Positions 1 through 13,301 of a stretch of DNA of 64,000 bases are shown here, piece after piece. How positions within the stretch are numbered: the first letter of the stretch is position 1; each line of letters begins with the position of its first letter. The notes beneath the pieces were generated by a model. The model searched no databases, was not told the DNA's origin, and saw nothing but the letters and a program-made list of their open reading frames with translations. The DNA comes from Eledone cirrhosa (lineage: Eukaryota). A program made the position numbers and the translations under genes. The stretch lies in contig OZ024740.1 in NCBI GenBank assembly GCA_964016885.1, forward strand, positions 283,030,001 to 283,094,000, given 5' to 3'.

Positions 1-28
1 ATATAGTAATATATATATATATATTTTA

Positions 29-70
<42 letters not shown>

Positions 71-666
71 GTGTGTGTGTGTGTGTGGTGTGGGTGTGTG
101 CATATGTTTGTGTGTTTGTTTGTATGCGTATGTATATATTCATGTCATATTTTCAGTTGCTTGATGTTGAATTCTGTCACATGAAAGACCTTCAATTTTC
201 AGTCCTTTTAAAGACCTTCTACTAAGATGTATAGAATAATTATTTCTTTAATAAAAACTACTTCGTGTCAGAACTCACTACTGCTTAGCCGATGATCGCA
301 CATTTCAATTCTTTTACGAACTATATTTCACGAGATATATTGAGTGTGAAACTAGTTCTCGTCTGCTTTCAAACCAGTATAAAATGTACAGCAGTTACAC
401 TAAAACCTCTACGAAAAAGTAGTGTGGACTAAATAACCAGTTCTGTTGGGAACTGATTTACACTAAACCTCCATTTTGCACCAGAAGATAAGAATGAGTT
501 ACAAGACAGCAACCGCGAGAGGATTTAGGAAGCAGTAATCTAAAAACACTGGGTTTAGAAAATCAACTATACTGAGAACTAGCACACCGAATATTTTCTA
601 AACTAGAAATAGAAACATTACCTTTTCATTGATATTTCCCTCTATATGTTTCACAAACTTACATTA

Positions 667-850
667 CGGTGGTGGATTGGCATTATCGTTAGAGCGTCAT
701 AGAGTTATGGCCCTTTACGTTCAGAGTACAAATCCCGCCGAGGTTAGCTTTGCCTTTCCTCCTTACGAGGTCGATAAAATAAAGCACCTGGAATTCACTG
801 GAGTAATTGCTGACCTTGTGCCAAAATTAGAAACGATTATACCTAGTTTT
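667..850 (+). mobile_element. tRNA-derived SINE (octopod-type family)
   Basis: Head GGTGGATTGGCATTATCGTTAGAG (A-box-like), B-box-like GAGTACAAATCC, body 'tttgcctttc...gtcgataaaataaag', tail 'ccttgtgccaaaattagaaac'. At least 12 copies in the window. Confidence 0.85.
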
Positions 851-869
851 AAAAAATAACTACGTTATA

Positions 870-965
870 TAATTGTTTCTACTTTAGGCACAAGGCCAGC
901 AATTACTCAGTGCATTACTGGTACCTTAATTTATCGACCCCGTAAGGATGAAAGACAAAGTCAAC
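870..965 (-). mobile_element. SINE 3' fragment (same family)
   Basis: Reverse complement of the SINE 3' half (ttgtttctactttaggcacaaggccagc...atcgaccccgtaaggatgaaag). Confidence 0.8.
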
Positions 966-1633
966 TACGTTATATAATATAGGGAAAAATAACTTTCTTA
1001 TATTAAATGTTACAAAATTTACGTATGCATGTGTATATATATATATGTGTGTGTATAGATGTATAGACATAAATAATATGTTTATATATATATATATAAA
1101 TATATATATATGTGTGTGTGTGGGTGTGTGTGTGTGTATGTGTGTATATGTATCTCTCTATGTATGTATATATGTAAGTATATATCGACAGGTGAAACTC
1201 ACTATTCGCTGGGAAAGGCATTGACGTTTTCATTTCCTTGCATAATTAACGTCAGGCCAGGTGGTTCCAGTTATGAATAAATCGATATTATATCGAAGAA
1301 AAATATGAGAAAGATTCATTTATTATACATGTGTAGCACAGTGTAACGATATATGGAACTCTAGGGTCTGTTGGAAGACAAATAGTTAATCAGATAACGA
1401 ATAGACGTTGAGCAGAAACGAGGAAGAAAGGGCAAAAAGCAGAACTAATAAAGAAATAAAGAAAAAGATGCACAAAATTGCAATTCGTAACATGTTTACA
1501 TCCATAAAGAATTAAAGTAGAAAAGTTAAATGTTCTTTCGGTTTCTCTATCTCGTTTAAGCCTGGATATATTGATCAGAAGTAGGTTAGTGTGTGTGTGT
1601 GTGTGTAAGGGAGAGATTGAGAGAGAGAGAGAA

Positions 1634-1721
<88 letters not shown>

Positions 1722-2514
1722 CAAGAGAGAGAGAAATATGTGTGTATGTGTGTGTGCATTATTTAATGATTTTCAACTAATCAAATTTATAAATATCTGA
1801 ATAGAAGGAGAGTCAATAATCCGAAGTCCACTGTATGGGAACAGAATAAATGTGTAATAGTGTTGAAAGGTCCATTAGGTAGGGAACAGCCATTAGTTAC
1901 ATGAATAAGAAGTAAAAAAGTATTCTTAGATTTTTGAAAAATCAAATTCGAATGTTTTTCTTTTATTTTTTTGCTATGAAAAAACAAAAATTGAAAGGCT
2001 ATATTTAAAACATGGTCGTCGTTTGCATTAGCTGATTTCAGTGAAATCTTACTAATTTTATTTGTAGCAAACAGTTTTTTATGGTGTTTTGATAACATTT
2101 TGTTGGTATTCATAACTATACAGCTAAATTTCAAGATGGAGTCATCAAAACCGAAGTACACGAATTCCTCTGATCAAATCAATTCTACACAATGCCCAAT
2201 GCTCATTTTGACACGAGTGAATTCAAAGAGAAAAACAATGTCGGAACACTGCAAATGTTTCAAAAACAGGAGCAACAATTTCTGTTTGAAAGAAAAGTAT
2301 TATGGAAGAAATGAAAATATGCAAAGAAACAATACAATACACTTTTTAGTATTAGAATCCTTTGAGAGCAGCTAATGTTTAATGGAAATGTATCGGTGAG
2401 TTTGTGAAGAATAATTAAAATATTTTGTGAGTATTTTTATGTGAGTGTGGATATAAATGTGTTTAATCTCTTTGGAGGTTGCATCAAAGTTTGTTTTCTT
2501 TTTTACGGGAACGG

Positions 2515-2811
<297 letters not shown>

Positions 2812-2829
2812 AAAAAGAGAGAGAGGTAA

Positions 2830-2890
2830 AATCCTGACCGCTGGCGCCAAGCGGTTTCGGCTTGTATGTTCAGCAAGGCTTTCCAAAAGT
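2830..2890 (-). ncRNA. Degenerate type I hammerhead ribozyme (U3-A8-like core)
   Basis: Minus strand: TTGGAAA-gccttg...caagcc-GAAAC-cgct(tggcgcc)agcg-GTC. Helices II and III pair; A6 position altered. Confidence 0.5.
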
Positions 2891-3497
2891 GTGGTAAATT
2901 TTGAAAGGTGTGTAAAAATAGGTCACTAGTCATGGTAGTGCTGAAGTCAAATTTAAATTTGTCATTGTGGTAAGGAGGGCTGATAGATAGGAAATGGGGA
3001 AGTGGGGGTTCAGAGATTGGTAAATGTATCTAGAGAGTTTGGGGGTCTAGAGAGGGAAATAATCTGGGAAGGGATTTCACCTGTCTCTGTAGCCACTCTG
3101 CATCTTCACATACATTGAATATTCCCATGATTAGTAGTTTCCCCTCTCTCATCACCGGAAACTCTCCCCCTCTCTGTCACAAAATGAAGATGTTGTAGGA
3201 CAGAATAAAAACCTAGTCACTGAATGAATGACGAAAAGCTTTGACAATATATAAACAACCATCTGGTTATCGAACCAACTAACCAACCAACCGCAAATGT
3301 ATAATAAATTGAAGTGAAGAACATATGTACGTGCGTTTTTATTGGCAGCATGACTCTCCCAAAGTATAACAATATCTGTTTCAACACATGTTTTCAGATA
3401 AGAAATCTTGGAAAACAAATTCAATATATATATATAAAATAAATGTGAAGACTAAAATCCGAAGAAGGCCCGATAAGGATTATATATATATATATAT

Positions 3498-3792
3498 AAA
3501 GAATTAATATCTAGTAACATATATATACATACAGATGCATATCAATGCTAGCAGATATATAGGTTTTGTCTTAGTAACATTGTGGTTCAATGCATGGGGT
3601 TGCAGAACAATAATATGAGAGACGTAAAATAAGAAAATTATAAAATTAACTTACTTACTAAAATATCACTTCCAACTAATTAGTTTCTGGAATGGAGTAA
3701 ATATATTTTCCGAAGAAGATATGGAGAAACATTCCGTCGTCAGGGAAGTCTATTCTCATCTAAGTTTCCAGGCAAAGCGAGGACTCTGGAAA

Positions 3793-3796
<4 letters not shown>
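3498..3796 (-). mobile_element. Family B non-coding HHR repeat (retrozyme-like), partial unit
   Basis: Homologous to 51205-52240 and 56425-57868; flanked by (TA)n on both sides. Confidence 0.8.
3668..3749 (-). ncRNA. Type I hammerhead ribozyme with extended helix II (family B)
   Basis: Minus strand: acttcc-CTGACGA-c-ggaatg...cattcc-a-GAAAC-taatta-GTT-ggaagt. Confidence 0.8.
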
Positions 3797-3877
<81 letters not shown>

Positions 3878-4189
3878 ACATATATAAAACCCGTAGAACA
3901 AATGACTATTACATGTAGAGATTAAAGTTCAAAAAAGAATCGCTGCTTCCACCCTTTTACGGGATATATCTGTCTGTTCGTATACATATGTATATGTATA
4001 CACATATGTGTGTGTGTGTGTGTTTGTAAAGTCGCACTAAGAGGAAGCAATTCAGCAGGTTATAATAAAAACATACATACATGGCATTATTGGGGGACCT
4101 TTCCAAGACATTTATATGTTTATAAAGACAGATGGCACTACGTACTTGATGCGCCTGTATGCATGTTGGTGTGCCAAGTTGAGTTGGAA

Positions 4190-4700
4190 GGATAGTTTAG
4201 AAGAGAATTCTGTAGTGTGTATTGTAAAATTACATATATGGAAGGTGGACAATATGGAGGATTTTACCGCGGGGGAAATAGTCAAAGAAATATTGTAATT
4301 GAAAAGTTGTAGATAGAAGCTAGAGATTTGTCTTTTGCAAGGAGACAAATGTAACAGAAGTAAGAGTGCTTTAGGGCTGTGCACTACCAAAAGTTCCAGC
4401 CTTCAGACCAAGAATAAATACGAGATAGAGCAATAGCCAGGAGTTCAAGAGCCTCCAGCTCTTTAATAAGGTGCGAAAATATCTGAGAGATCTACATTTA
4501 GATGTTTTCAAGAAACATCTCGACATTTTATTAACCAAGATCTCGCATAAACTCACAGCAGGAGGCGAAGCACAAAAAAGGGCGGCATCAATAATGACCA
4601 ATCAAGAAAGGCTGGCTATAAAATCTGTAGCGTGGTGCCCCAACTTCGTTTCAGCCAATCGAATGGAACACGTAAAAGAAGAAAAGAGTAAAAGATGGAT
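4190..4700 (+). pseudogene. Non-LTR retrotransposon ORF2 3'-end relic (clade undetermined)
   Basis: Translations contain 'IWKV', 'QLFNKVRKYLRDLHLDVFKKHLD' and 'QKRAASI', typical of post-RT LINE C-termini. Same family at 29018-29245 (-). Confidence 0.65.
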
Positions 4701-4836
4701 ACTGATTGTAATTCAGAATGAAGTATTTGTTATCTGTTTCCTCACCACAAAGGAATAACAGTAGCGTTTGATGCTGAAACTGTATACTAGTGTTGAGAAC
4801 TAAGTAAACAGAAACATGGCATTATTTGAAAATGTT

Positions 4837-4875
<39 letters not shown>

Positions 4876-4956
4876 TATATATATATATATATATATATAC
4901 ATACACACACACACACACACACATATACAAACATATATATATATATATATATATAT

Positions 4957-5092
4957 ATTGTGGAATATGAGCTATAAATACGAATAATAAATAGATTTGG
5001 TTATTTGGAAGACCGACAATGCATTGTCGGGTTTCCAAATAACCAAACTTATTTCTGAGTCGGTCGTATTTATATCTCATATTCCACAATGC
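4957..5092. repeat. Imperfect palindrome (~135 bp) adjoining (TA)n
   Basis: attgtggaatatgag...ccgacaatgcattgtcgg...ctcatattccacaat. Confidence 0.8.
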
Positions 5093-5151
5093 TTCAGGAA
5101 CTACAAGACCACACAGACACACACACACAAACACACACACAGACACACACA

Positions 5152-5233
<82 letters not shown>

Positions 5234-5936
5234 CACATATGTGCGTATGTATGTGTATAGTGGATTGTGTAGTTGTTTATGCAGTGGGTGCATTTCAGGG
5301 CAAGATAAGAAGCGTAAGCTATAGAGAGTTGAGCGGAGAACCTAGAATAAAATAAAATACAATAAACGAAATGAAACTGTTTTATTGTTCATGTAGTGAA
5401 GGTAGAGGTGTAGAAAGATGAGTATGTGAGTGTTAATGTTAGAATTATAATTACGTTTAGGGTTAGAATTAGGATTAGTGTTAGTATAGTTACCGTGAAA
5501 TGGTCACGTGGCCACAGTCTACGAGCATTGATAGTGATCTCTTTCGGATTAATAATCTTTAATCACACTAGAATATTCTTGGCTTTGCAAATCCATTACC
5601 CGTCAAAGTATGTGTATAGGTGTTTACATGTATCCAGGTTTCGGCAGTTTAGGGTAGGCATCCGCTTCCTTATAAAATGTGTCTCCACTATTCTTAGGTC
5701 TACTCTATATTCTTGCTCTGCAATAATTTTTTTGGTTATGCTCCTACCACATAACTCCCTGTGTTGAAACATTGTGATGGGAGGCGCTGTTTTTAAAAAA
5801 AAGGTTCTTGTATTCTGCTATGCAGTTGGCGTTTCCTGGAACCGATGCAGTTGGCTGCACTTGTGCAGTTCAACTAGTAAGCTATTAGGTTTCTCAGGCA
5901 TACTGGTATACTATTGTTATTATTAAATCCTGTGTT

Positions 5937-6160
5937 AGGGCGGTGGATTGGCATTATCGGTAGAGAGTCGGACACCATGCTTTGCAGCACAGAGTTACGG
6001 CCCCTTACGGTCTGAATTCAAATCCCGCCGAGTTTAACTTTGCCTTTCATCCTTAGCGTGTCGATAAAAATAAAGTACCAGTAACGTACTGGGTCCATTT
6101 AATCGACATCCCCTCTCCCCTCAAATTACTGGCCTTGTGCTTATACAAGATATCCTTATT
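5937..6160 (+). mobile_element. tRNA-derived SINE
   Basis: Full family copy: ggcggtggattggcattatcggtagag...ggccttgtgc. Confidence 0.85.
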
Positions 6161-6167
6161 AATTATT

Positions 6168-6345
6168 GCGGTACAACATGCTTTGCGGCATAGAGTTACG
6201 GGCCTGTACATTCTGAGTTCAAATCCCACCGAGTTTAGCTTTGCCTTTCATCCTTATTAGATCGATAATTAAGGGACCAGTTATATTCTGAGGTCGATTT
6301 AATCCCCTTCAAATTGCTGGCCTTGTGTCTAAAGTAGAAACAATT
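6168..6345 (+). mobile_element. tRNA-derived SINE, 5'-truncated
   Basis: GAGTTCAAATCC B-box followed by the family body and tail. Confidence 0.8.
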
Positions 6346-7269
6346 CTTAATTCCTGTGGTGGTGTATTCTCTGACAGAGCATACACCACCACAGGAAGGC
6401 AGGGGCGTCTTCTTCGATGCTCTGCGTGAGATGTTTTCTCAATGTCCTTCTATGCCTCGTTACTCCCATTGTCAGCGCTGATCTTTTGATAGTTTCTCAG
6501 ACGATTCTCTGCCTTCTCATTGTTATGGAAGATAAATGTTGACCCAGTTTTGTACTTGTTCTCTCGCTTCTTTCTTTTTTTCTTTATTCATGTTGGCTTT
6601 GTTGTTTCTATCGTCATTGATGTTGGTCTACAAGTGGTTTTGGTTGCTATTAGTACCAAAGGTGGTGATTGAGGTTGGCGAGTGGTGTCTGTGTTTGTGT
6701 TTGTGTTCTCTACTTACACGCTCGACAACGTTTTTTAAAAATCGATGTGCATAGTCTCCCTTTAACATTAGTTTCCGAAAGTTGTTTCCCGTGGATCTTG
6801 CTTGGGTGGCCTTGTCGCATTTGACCCTGCGGCGAATAAGTTGGTTTCTGGTCACGGCGATTAAGTTTGTTTCTGGTCTGAATCTGGATGGAGGAAGACA
6901 ATTCTCTTGGATTCTTTCTTATAGAAGCTGATTTTGGCCCTTCCCGACGCTAGAGATAAGGCAAAGTCAAGTAGACTTAAGGAACCGTCGGCTGCTGGGT
7001 GTCCGACATCGAACTTGATGGTGTTAAATAATTCATTACATGATTGAAGACAAGAGGTTGGATTAAGTGCAAGAATTGCAGGAGCTTTTGCAGTAATGTG
7101 CCAGCTTCAGCATTCAATAATCAGAAAAAGGGGGTAGGTGTAAAAGCCACTTGCTATTTTCAATTCGGTATTCGGGCCAACCATCATTTATAGTCATCAA
7201 TTTTGGGTAATGACCGAAAGAATACAATCGGGAATAGAAACTACCGAAATGGGGTTCTTCCAAAGGGAC

Positions 7270-7665
7270 CTCTGAATAACGTAACTAGATAGATTGCGAG
7301 GCTTGGAAATGAGAGAGTCGCTCCAGGTAGAGGCGCTTCCCCGAATTAAGAGATCACAGCTCCGATGTTATGAACATGTGGTTATAATGTCTCAGGAAAG
7401 AATCGCTGGATAGATATTCCGAGCCAAACCAAGCGACAAGATACCCAGGGGGTAGACCATGAGCAAGATGTTTGGATAACGTCCATAAGCTCGGCTGATC
7501 TCACTTAGGGATCCAGCCAGATCAATTAGAGTGGCTGCTTCTTACAGGACCAGCTGAAACGAGCGTTTGCCGACTTTGCCCCATCACCCTCTCAAGAATA
7601 AGTGGGAGAAGAAGAAGAAGAAGAAGAAGAAGAAGAAGAAGAAGAAGAAGAAGAAGAAGAAGAAG
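7270..7665 (+). pseudogene. RTE-clade LINE 3' fragment with (GAA)n tail
   Basis: Frame reads 'MRESLQVEALPRIKRSQLRCYEHVVIMSQERIAG.IFRAKPSDKIPRGRP', matching the RTE C-terminal 'LRW.GHV.RM...R.RGRP' pattern, followed by (GAA)n. Confidence 0.75.
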
Positions 7666-7732
7666 ATATATATTCATTATCCTCAACGACCCCATGTGAT
7701 GATGTTTCGTGTTGAAATTTCACATATATATA

Positions 7733-7850
7733 TAACGAAGGAATTGTGGTAAGGAACCAGATGGACCATAACGCACCAGAGTACTCAATACTTAGGGTAG
7801 TAGAGTGGGTAATAGGAAAAAGTATGACATGGGGTCATACTTTTTCCTAT
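7733..7850 (-). mobile_element. Family C short (TA)n-embedded element with inverted end
   Basis: Homologous to 12291-12497, 52303-52392, 54667-54728 and 58595-58787. Internal inverted repeat taggaaaaagtatgac/gtcatactttttccta. Confidence 0.8.
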
Positions 7851-7857
7851 ATATATA

Positions 7858-7927
<70 letters not shown>

Positions 7928-7930
<3 letters not shown>

Positions 7931-8645
7931 TCGCTTTACGCGTTTTAATTGTCCTAATAACTTAATTTAGTTATTATTGCACCAACGTGAGGTATATGAT
8001 TTTTAATGCAATGAAATATCTATGATCGTTGGCAAATCACTGATGAGGGACTCATTTTATAACATGTTATCCATGTGCAACCTGCAGTATTCTTCTCCCC
8101 ATTTTTTCACACATATTTACCTAAACTGCGATTCTGTTTTTCTCTCTCTCTCTCTTACTGATCCCTCGTTCTCTCTGTTTCTCTTACTTTCTTTCGCCCC
8201 CTCTGTCATGTCAGTTAACACTTTCTCTCTACTGACCTCTTCCTCACACTTCCACTCACTCACTCACTGTTTCTCCCCTTCTCACTTCACCCCGTTCGCG
8301 ACGAAAACAATTTCCTTCTTTCTTACATTGGATTCATCTCAAAAGGTCTATTTTCTACGCGCTCATATATTCACCCAGCTTATGCTGATAGAATAACTAT
8401 GTAGCTTGTGCCTCTTCCTATCTACGGTTAGCTTTCCTCTTTGTTGTTTACTTGTCTCACTCGCTTTACGCGTTTTAATTGTCCTAATAACTTAATTTAG
8501 TTATTATTGCACCAACGTGAGGTATATGATTTTTAATGCAATAAAATATCTATGATCGTTGGCAAATCACTGATGAGGGGCTCATTTTATAACATGTTAT
8601 CCATGTGCAACCTGCAGTATTCTTCTCCCCATTTTTTCACACACA
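7928..8645 (+). mobile_element. Family A non-coding repeat, partial tandem (~530-bp period)
   Basis: 7928-8110 is repeated at 8458-8642; (TA)n on both sides. Contains GAAA-N23-CTGATGA. Confidence 0.8.
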
Positions 8646-8647
8646 TA

Positions 8648-8696
<49 letters not shown>

Positions 8697-8701
<5 letters not shown>

Positions 8702-8950
8702 TAGTAATAATAATAAATTTGAAGACTAAAATCCAAAGAGGGCTCGATAAGGATAAATATATATCAAATATATATCAAGTATATAAGAAACATAGAGCAA
8801 ATATTTATTAAAATAATAGATTAAAGTTTAAGCAAAGAATCGCTGCTTTCACCCTTAACGGGATCTTCTGAAACTCAAGAAGAGTTTCAGAAAATCCCGT
8901 TATGGGTGTAAGCACCGATTCTTTGCTTAAATTTTAATCTGTTATTTTAA

Positions 8951-8955
<5 letters not shown>
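8697..8955. mobile_element. Solo Naiad-PLE 3'-end palindrome carrying the HHR (8825-8875 minus; degenerate plus copy 8883-8933)
   Basis: Closely similar to 42541-42706 and 46306-46377; inverted arrangement inside (TA)n. Confidence 0.8.
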
Positions 8956-8982
<27 letters not shown>

Positions 8983-9150
8983 AAAGGATCGATCGACTTT
9001 TGTCAAATCGGACCGAGGGAACAATGTTTTCGTCGTTCTTTCCAGTTGATAGTACTATCTATCGGTCGCAACTCCTGGTAGAAGGAGCAACGCGAAATAA
9101 AGTGTATATATATATATAGAGAAAAACCACAAACCCTCCATCTCAATTGT

Positions 9151-9188
9151 ACTTTTGAAAAGCACAAGGACTGCGAAACCGGTAAGGG
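9151..9188 (+). ncRNA. Minimal hammerhead ribozyme, U3-A8 variant
   Basis: ctt-TTGAAAA-gca(caaggac)tgc-GAAAC-cg-GTA-agg; palindromic helix III ACCGGT. Confidence 0.6.
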
Positions 9189-9415
9189 AACCAAATAAAT
9201 TTTTTTTTTTTTAAAAAGACTGCAGTTGCATTTTCGATTTCATCTTTTTTCTCATACTTTCACTCGTGTAGGACACCTCGTTTTTTCATTCTGTGAAAAA
9301 ACCTCACTTTCTAATATATATATATATAATATATACACATATACACATACATATTTGTATATAATTGTATATATATATATATATATATTTGTTTATATAT
9401 GCACACATGTGTATT

Positions 9416-9479
<64 letters not shown>

Positions 9480-9569
9480 CATATGCATAACCGGTGAATG
9501 TATGTAACATGAAGAATATCTAAGCGGAAACACTCAGCGCCAACTAGTTAGGGTTTAATTACGTTGATT

Positions 9570-9618
<49 letters not shown>

Positions 9619-9646
9619 CACACACACACACACACATACACACACT

Positions 9647-9726
<80 letters not shown>

Positions 9727-10319
9727 TGCGTGTAGACACACACATGTGCGCGCAGACACACGCATGTTTGTATGTTTGTCTATTTTAGACTATACTTGTA
9801 CGTGTGACTGTTTATCAAACTGGTGTGAACAAATAGATTCGCCTGCCAACATGATTGCTAAACGTGATTACCATCAAATAAACAACAACACCACAAATAC
9901 AACAATAACATTAATATAAAGACAGCAACAACAACAGAAATAACTACAACTTTCTCGATTATTTGAGTGAGTAAAATGGGAGAAATTGGAAAGAAAACTA
10001 TCAACTAACATAGGCGACTATTTGCTTATCGTGCCCACATACAAAACTGTGAGGATTGAACAAATTATTATGAAGATTTGGAACAGAACTTCGTCTTTAC
10101 GGTGGCCATTATATGTATTCACGATGGTCGTGGGGCGCGAATTTTGTGAACTAGGTGTTAATCTCATGTTTCATCCTGTCCAACACTACACTCATCTCAT
10201 TCACTTTCCCTCGCCATCAACGATAACACCACCACCACCACAACACTTTCAGCAATAACACCTTTACTGCCAACACGAATATTTCTTGCAATGTAACCCG
10301 CGTAACAACTATAACGTGA

Positions 10320-10410
<91 letters not shown>

Positions 10411-10447
10411 TATATATATATATATATACATATATATATGTATATAT

Positions 10448-10649
<202 letters not shown>

Positions 10650-10686
10650 CATACGTAATAGTTGTTACGCGGGTTACTTTGTGTGT

Positions 10687-10720
<34 letters not shown>

Positions 10721-11399
10721 TATATATGTATGTATATATATATATGTGTGTGTGTGTGTGTATGTGTCTGTGTGTGGGTGGGTGTGGGCGTGTCTGTGTG
10801 TGGGTGTGTGTGTGCGTGTGTGTGTGTGTGTGTAGTCTGCCGGTGATACATGGTAAAACATGTATATTTATATAGCCATGAATCACTTAAACAAATATAT
10901 AGCCCGTATATGAGATACTCGAACCCCATAGAATTTGTCATCGATCTTGTGTGTTTCTGGTGGTGTATATAGCTAAGAACGTTCCTGTGTATGTGTATTA
11001 TTGTGTATGTGTGTGTGTACTTACAGAGAATATATTCACGCTTCTTGCGTGATTTTAAACAGTGAGTTTCTGAATATGTTAAAAGTATTATTTTTTGTGG
11101 GGTAAAAAAATGCTCTGAAATATTTACCGTCCCTTTCCAAATGAAACCGCATCACCTAACGCAAGGGATACAACTATAAGCTCCGATCATTGATGACCTT
11201 CTGGGGTTTGGAATCTTCCGCGAAAATTCTCATCTTGCTGTGTTTGACGACGTCGATAATGTCATTTATGCAAATAATGAAAGGGAAGTGGGCCCAAATT
11301 CTCAGAGTTTAACGTTTAGCTCCTTCTCACCATATGTATATAAATATTATATATGTGTGCGTTTTTATGTGTGTGTGTGTGTGTGTGTGCGTTTGTGTG

Positions 11400-11484
<85 letters not shown>

Positions 11485-11773
11485 CAAAGGCAAACGCACA
11501 ACTATGCATGCGGGTAGTCAAATTTACAGATAATATTTATATTTAGCCGTCAATTAATATGGGTGTGTCAATAAATTAGATGCATGGCGAGAATACGGCA
11601 AGATAGGCGTTACAGAATTACTGGTAAATTATAGTTTTAATGAAGAATGTGTGGAAATGTTAGCTGAGAGTGATTTAGATGTGACTTAACAATAACATCA
11701 TCGTAGCTCGGAAAAAAGTAAGCTTAGGTAAGGGTATTTTGCATAATATATATATAATATGTAATATATCATT

Positions 11774-11960
11774 TGTGAAAACGCGTGGCTGAGTACTTAA
11801 AATATTGGATTAGCAATCGTGAGGTTGGGATTTCGATTCCCGGACCGGGCGATGCGTTATGTCACTTTATTTCTACCTGGAGTTGCGACCGTTAGATAAT
11901 ATTAGCAATTGGAAAGACCAATCGATCCTATTTGACGAAAGTTGATCGACTGTCGATAGA
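11774..11960 (+). mobile_element. Second tRNA-derived SINE family (degenerate)
   Basis: Head 'gcgtggctgagt...tttcgattcccggaccgggcga' (A/B-box-like). The 3' part is homologous to 8985-9103 (-). Confidence 0.55.
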
Positions 11961-11962
11961 TA

Positions 11963-11994
<32 letters not shown>

Positions 11995-12085
11995 AGAAGT
12001 TATGAATATTATTTTCTATTATAGTTAATTAATGAGACTAATTATACTTGAGTTCACATCTGAACAAACAGGAACATCAAACAAA

Positions 12086-12134
12086 TGTCATTTTGATGAG
12101 CCTTTAAGAACACAGGTGAAACTGCAAGGTAACA
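12086..12134 (+). ncRNA. Degenerate hammerhead motif in a (TA)n-flanked insert
   Basis: TTGATGA-gcct...aggt-GAAAC-tgcaag-GTA; C3 altered and helix I weak. Confidence 0.45.
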
Positions 12135-12255
12135 AGTCTCATCACTAAACCATAATAAAGATATACATATACATATATATATATATATATATTTGTGTGT
12201 ATGTATGTGTGCATGTGTGTATATACATTAGAAATATATTATTGCATGCATGCAG

Positions 12256-12290
<35 letters not shown>

Positions 12291-12294
<4 letters not shown>

Positions 12295-12497
12295 AACAAG
12301 TATGACCCCGACGGCAGAGCTCAAGCCGTTCCGACGGCTAATTCTGGACATTTTTTTAGTCCAGAATTAACCGTCGAAACGGCTTAAGCTCTGCCGTCGG
12401 GGTCATACTTGTTCCTATTACCCACTCTACTACCCTAAGTATTGAGTACTTTGCTGCGTTATGGTCCATCTGGTTCCTTACCACATTTCCTACGTTA
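12291..12497. mobile_element. Family C element, asymmetric palindrome
   Basis: 12291-12349 is inverted at 12359-12417, then an ~80-bp tail; (TA)n on both sides. Confidence 0.8.
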
Positions 12498-12506
12498 TAT
12501 ATATAT

Positions 12507-13268
12507 AGGTGAATTAAAAAATGGCGTGCTGCGATGTTGCGAGGTGATATAAATGAATAAAAATAGACCGAGAATCGGGGCTGTCCCTCATCAGTAGTCT
12601 GCTGATTATCATTGGTATTTCTTCGCATTAAAAACTAGATACCTGAAATCAGTGCGAGCGATAACTAAACTAAGTTATCGGGACAGAGTGAATGGGATGG
12701 GTAAAGTAAACAAACAACATGGTAGTAATGCAACGTAAAGAGAGGAAAAGAAAGACAAGTCACTGAATCTTGTGGGCGAGGAATCTTGTGAGGGGAAGTG
12801 AGAGAGGGGGAGTAGCAGTGAGTGAGTGAGTGAAAGTGTGATGAATGGGTCAGCCGAGAGAGTGTGTGTCCAGCGGAGGGGCTGAATGAACTGGCCCCTT
12901 CCTCACACTTTCACTCACTCACTCTCTGCTACTTCCCCTCTCTCACTTCCTCCCGTCTGACCTGTGTGAAATCCTTTTCTCTCTCACTTTTCGCGTGGCT
13001 GGGACGTGTCTGTTTCTTCTCGTCGATTGATTTGTTCGGACTTATGCCCACAAGATTCAGTGACTTGTCTCTCTTTTCCTCGCTTTACGTTGCATTACTA
13101 CCATGTCGTTTGTTTACTTTACCCTTCCCATTCACTCTGTCCCGATAACTTAGTTTAGTTATCGCTCGCACTGATTTTAGGTGTCTAGTCTTTAATGCGA
13201 AGAAATACCAATGATAATCAGCAGACTACTGATGATGGACAACCCCGTTTCTCGGTCTATTTTTATTC

Positions 13269-13270
<2 letters not shown>
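12507..13270. mobile_element. Family A element, large inverted duplication
   Basis: ~12556-12860 is the reverse complement of ~12895-13270; (TA)n flanks. Confidence 0.8.

Positions 13271-13301
<31 letters not shown>

Larger units (their letters stand above)
5590..7060 (-). pseudogene. Penelope-like element relic (RT 3' part + GIY-YIG endonuclease), interrupted by two SINEs
   Basis: Minus-strand translation by eye: 'IKFDVGHPAADGSLSLLDF' (late RT motifs), 'ISFYKKESKRIVFLH', 'NIYLP', 'CIGSRKRQLHSRIQE' (YIG...R..EH-like) and 'DLRIVETHFIRKRMPTLNCR' (GIY-YIG C-terminus). Many frameshifts. Confidence 0.65.

Noticed and set aside
5428-5490. Telomere-like TTAGGG variants
   Set aside because: Only one exact unit in a short degenerate tract; not an interstitial telomeric array.
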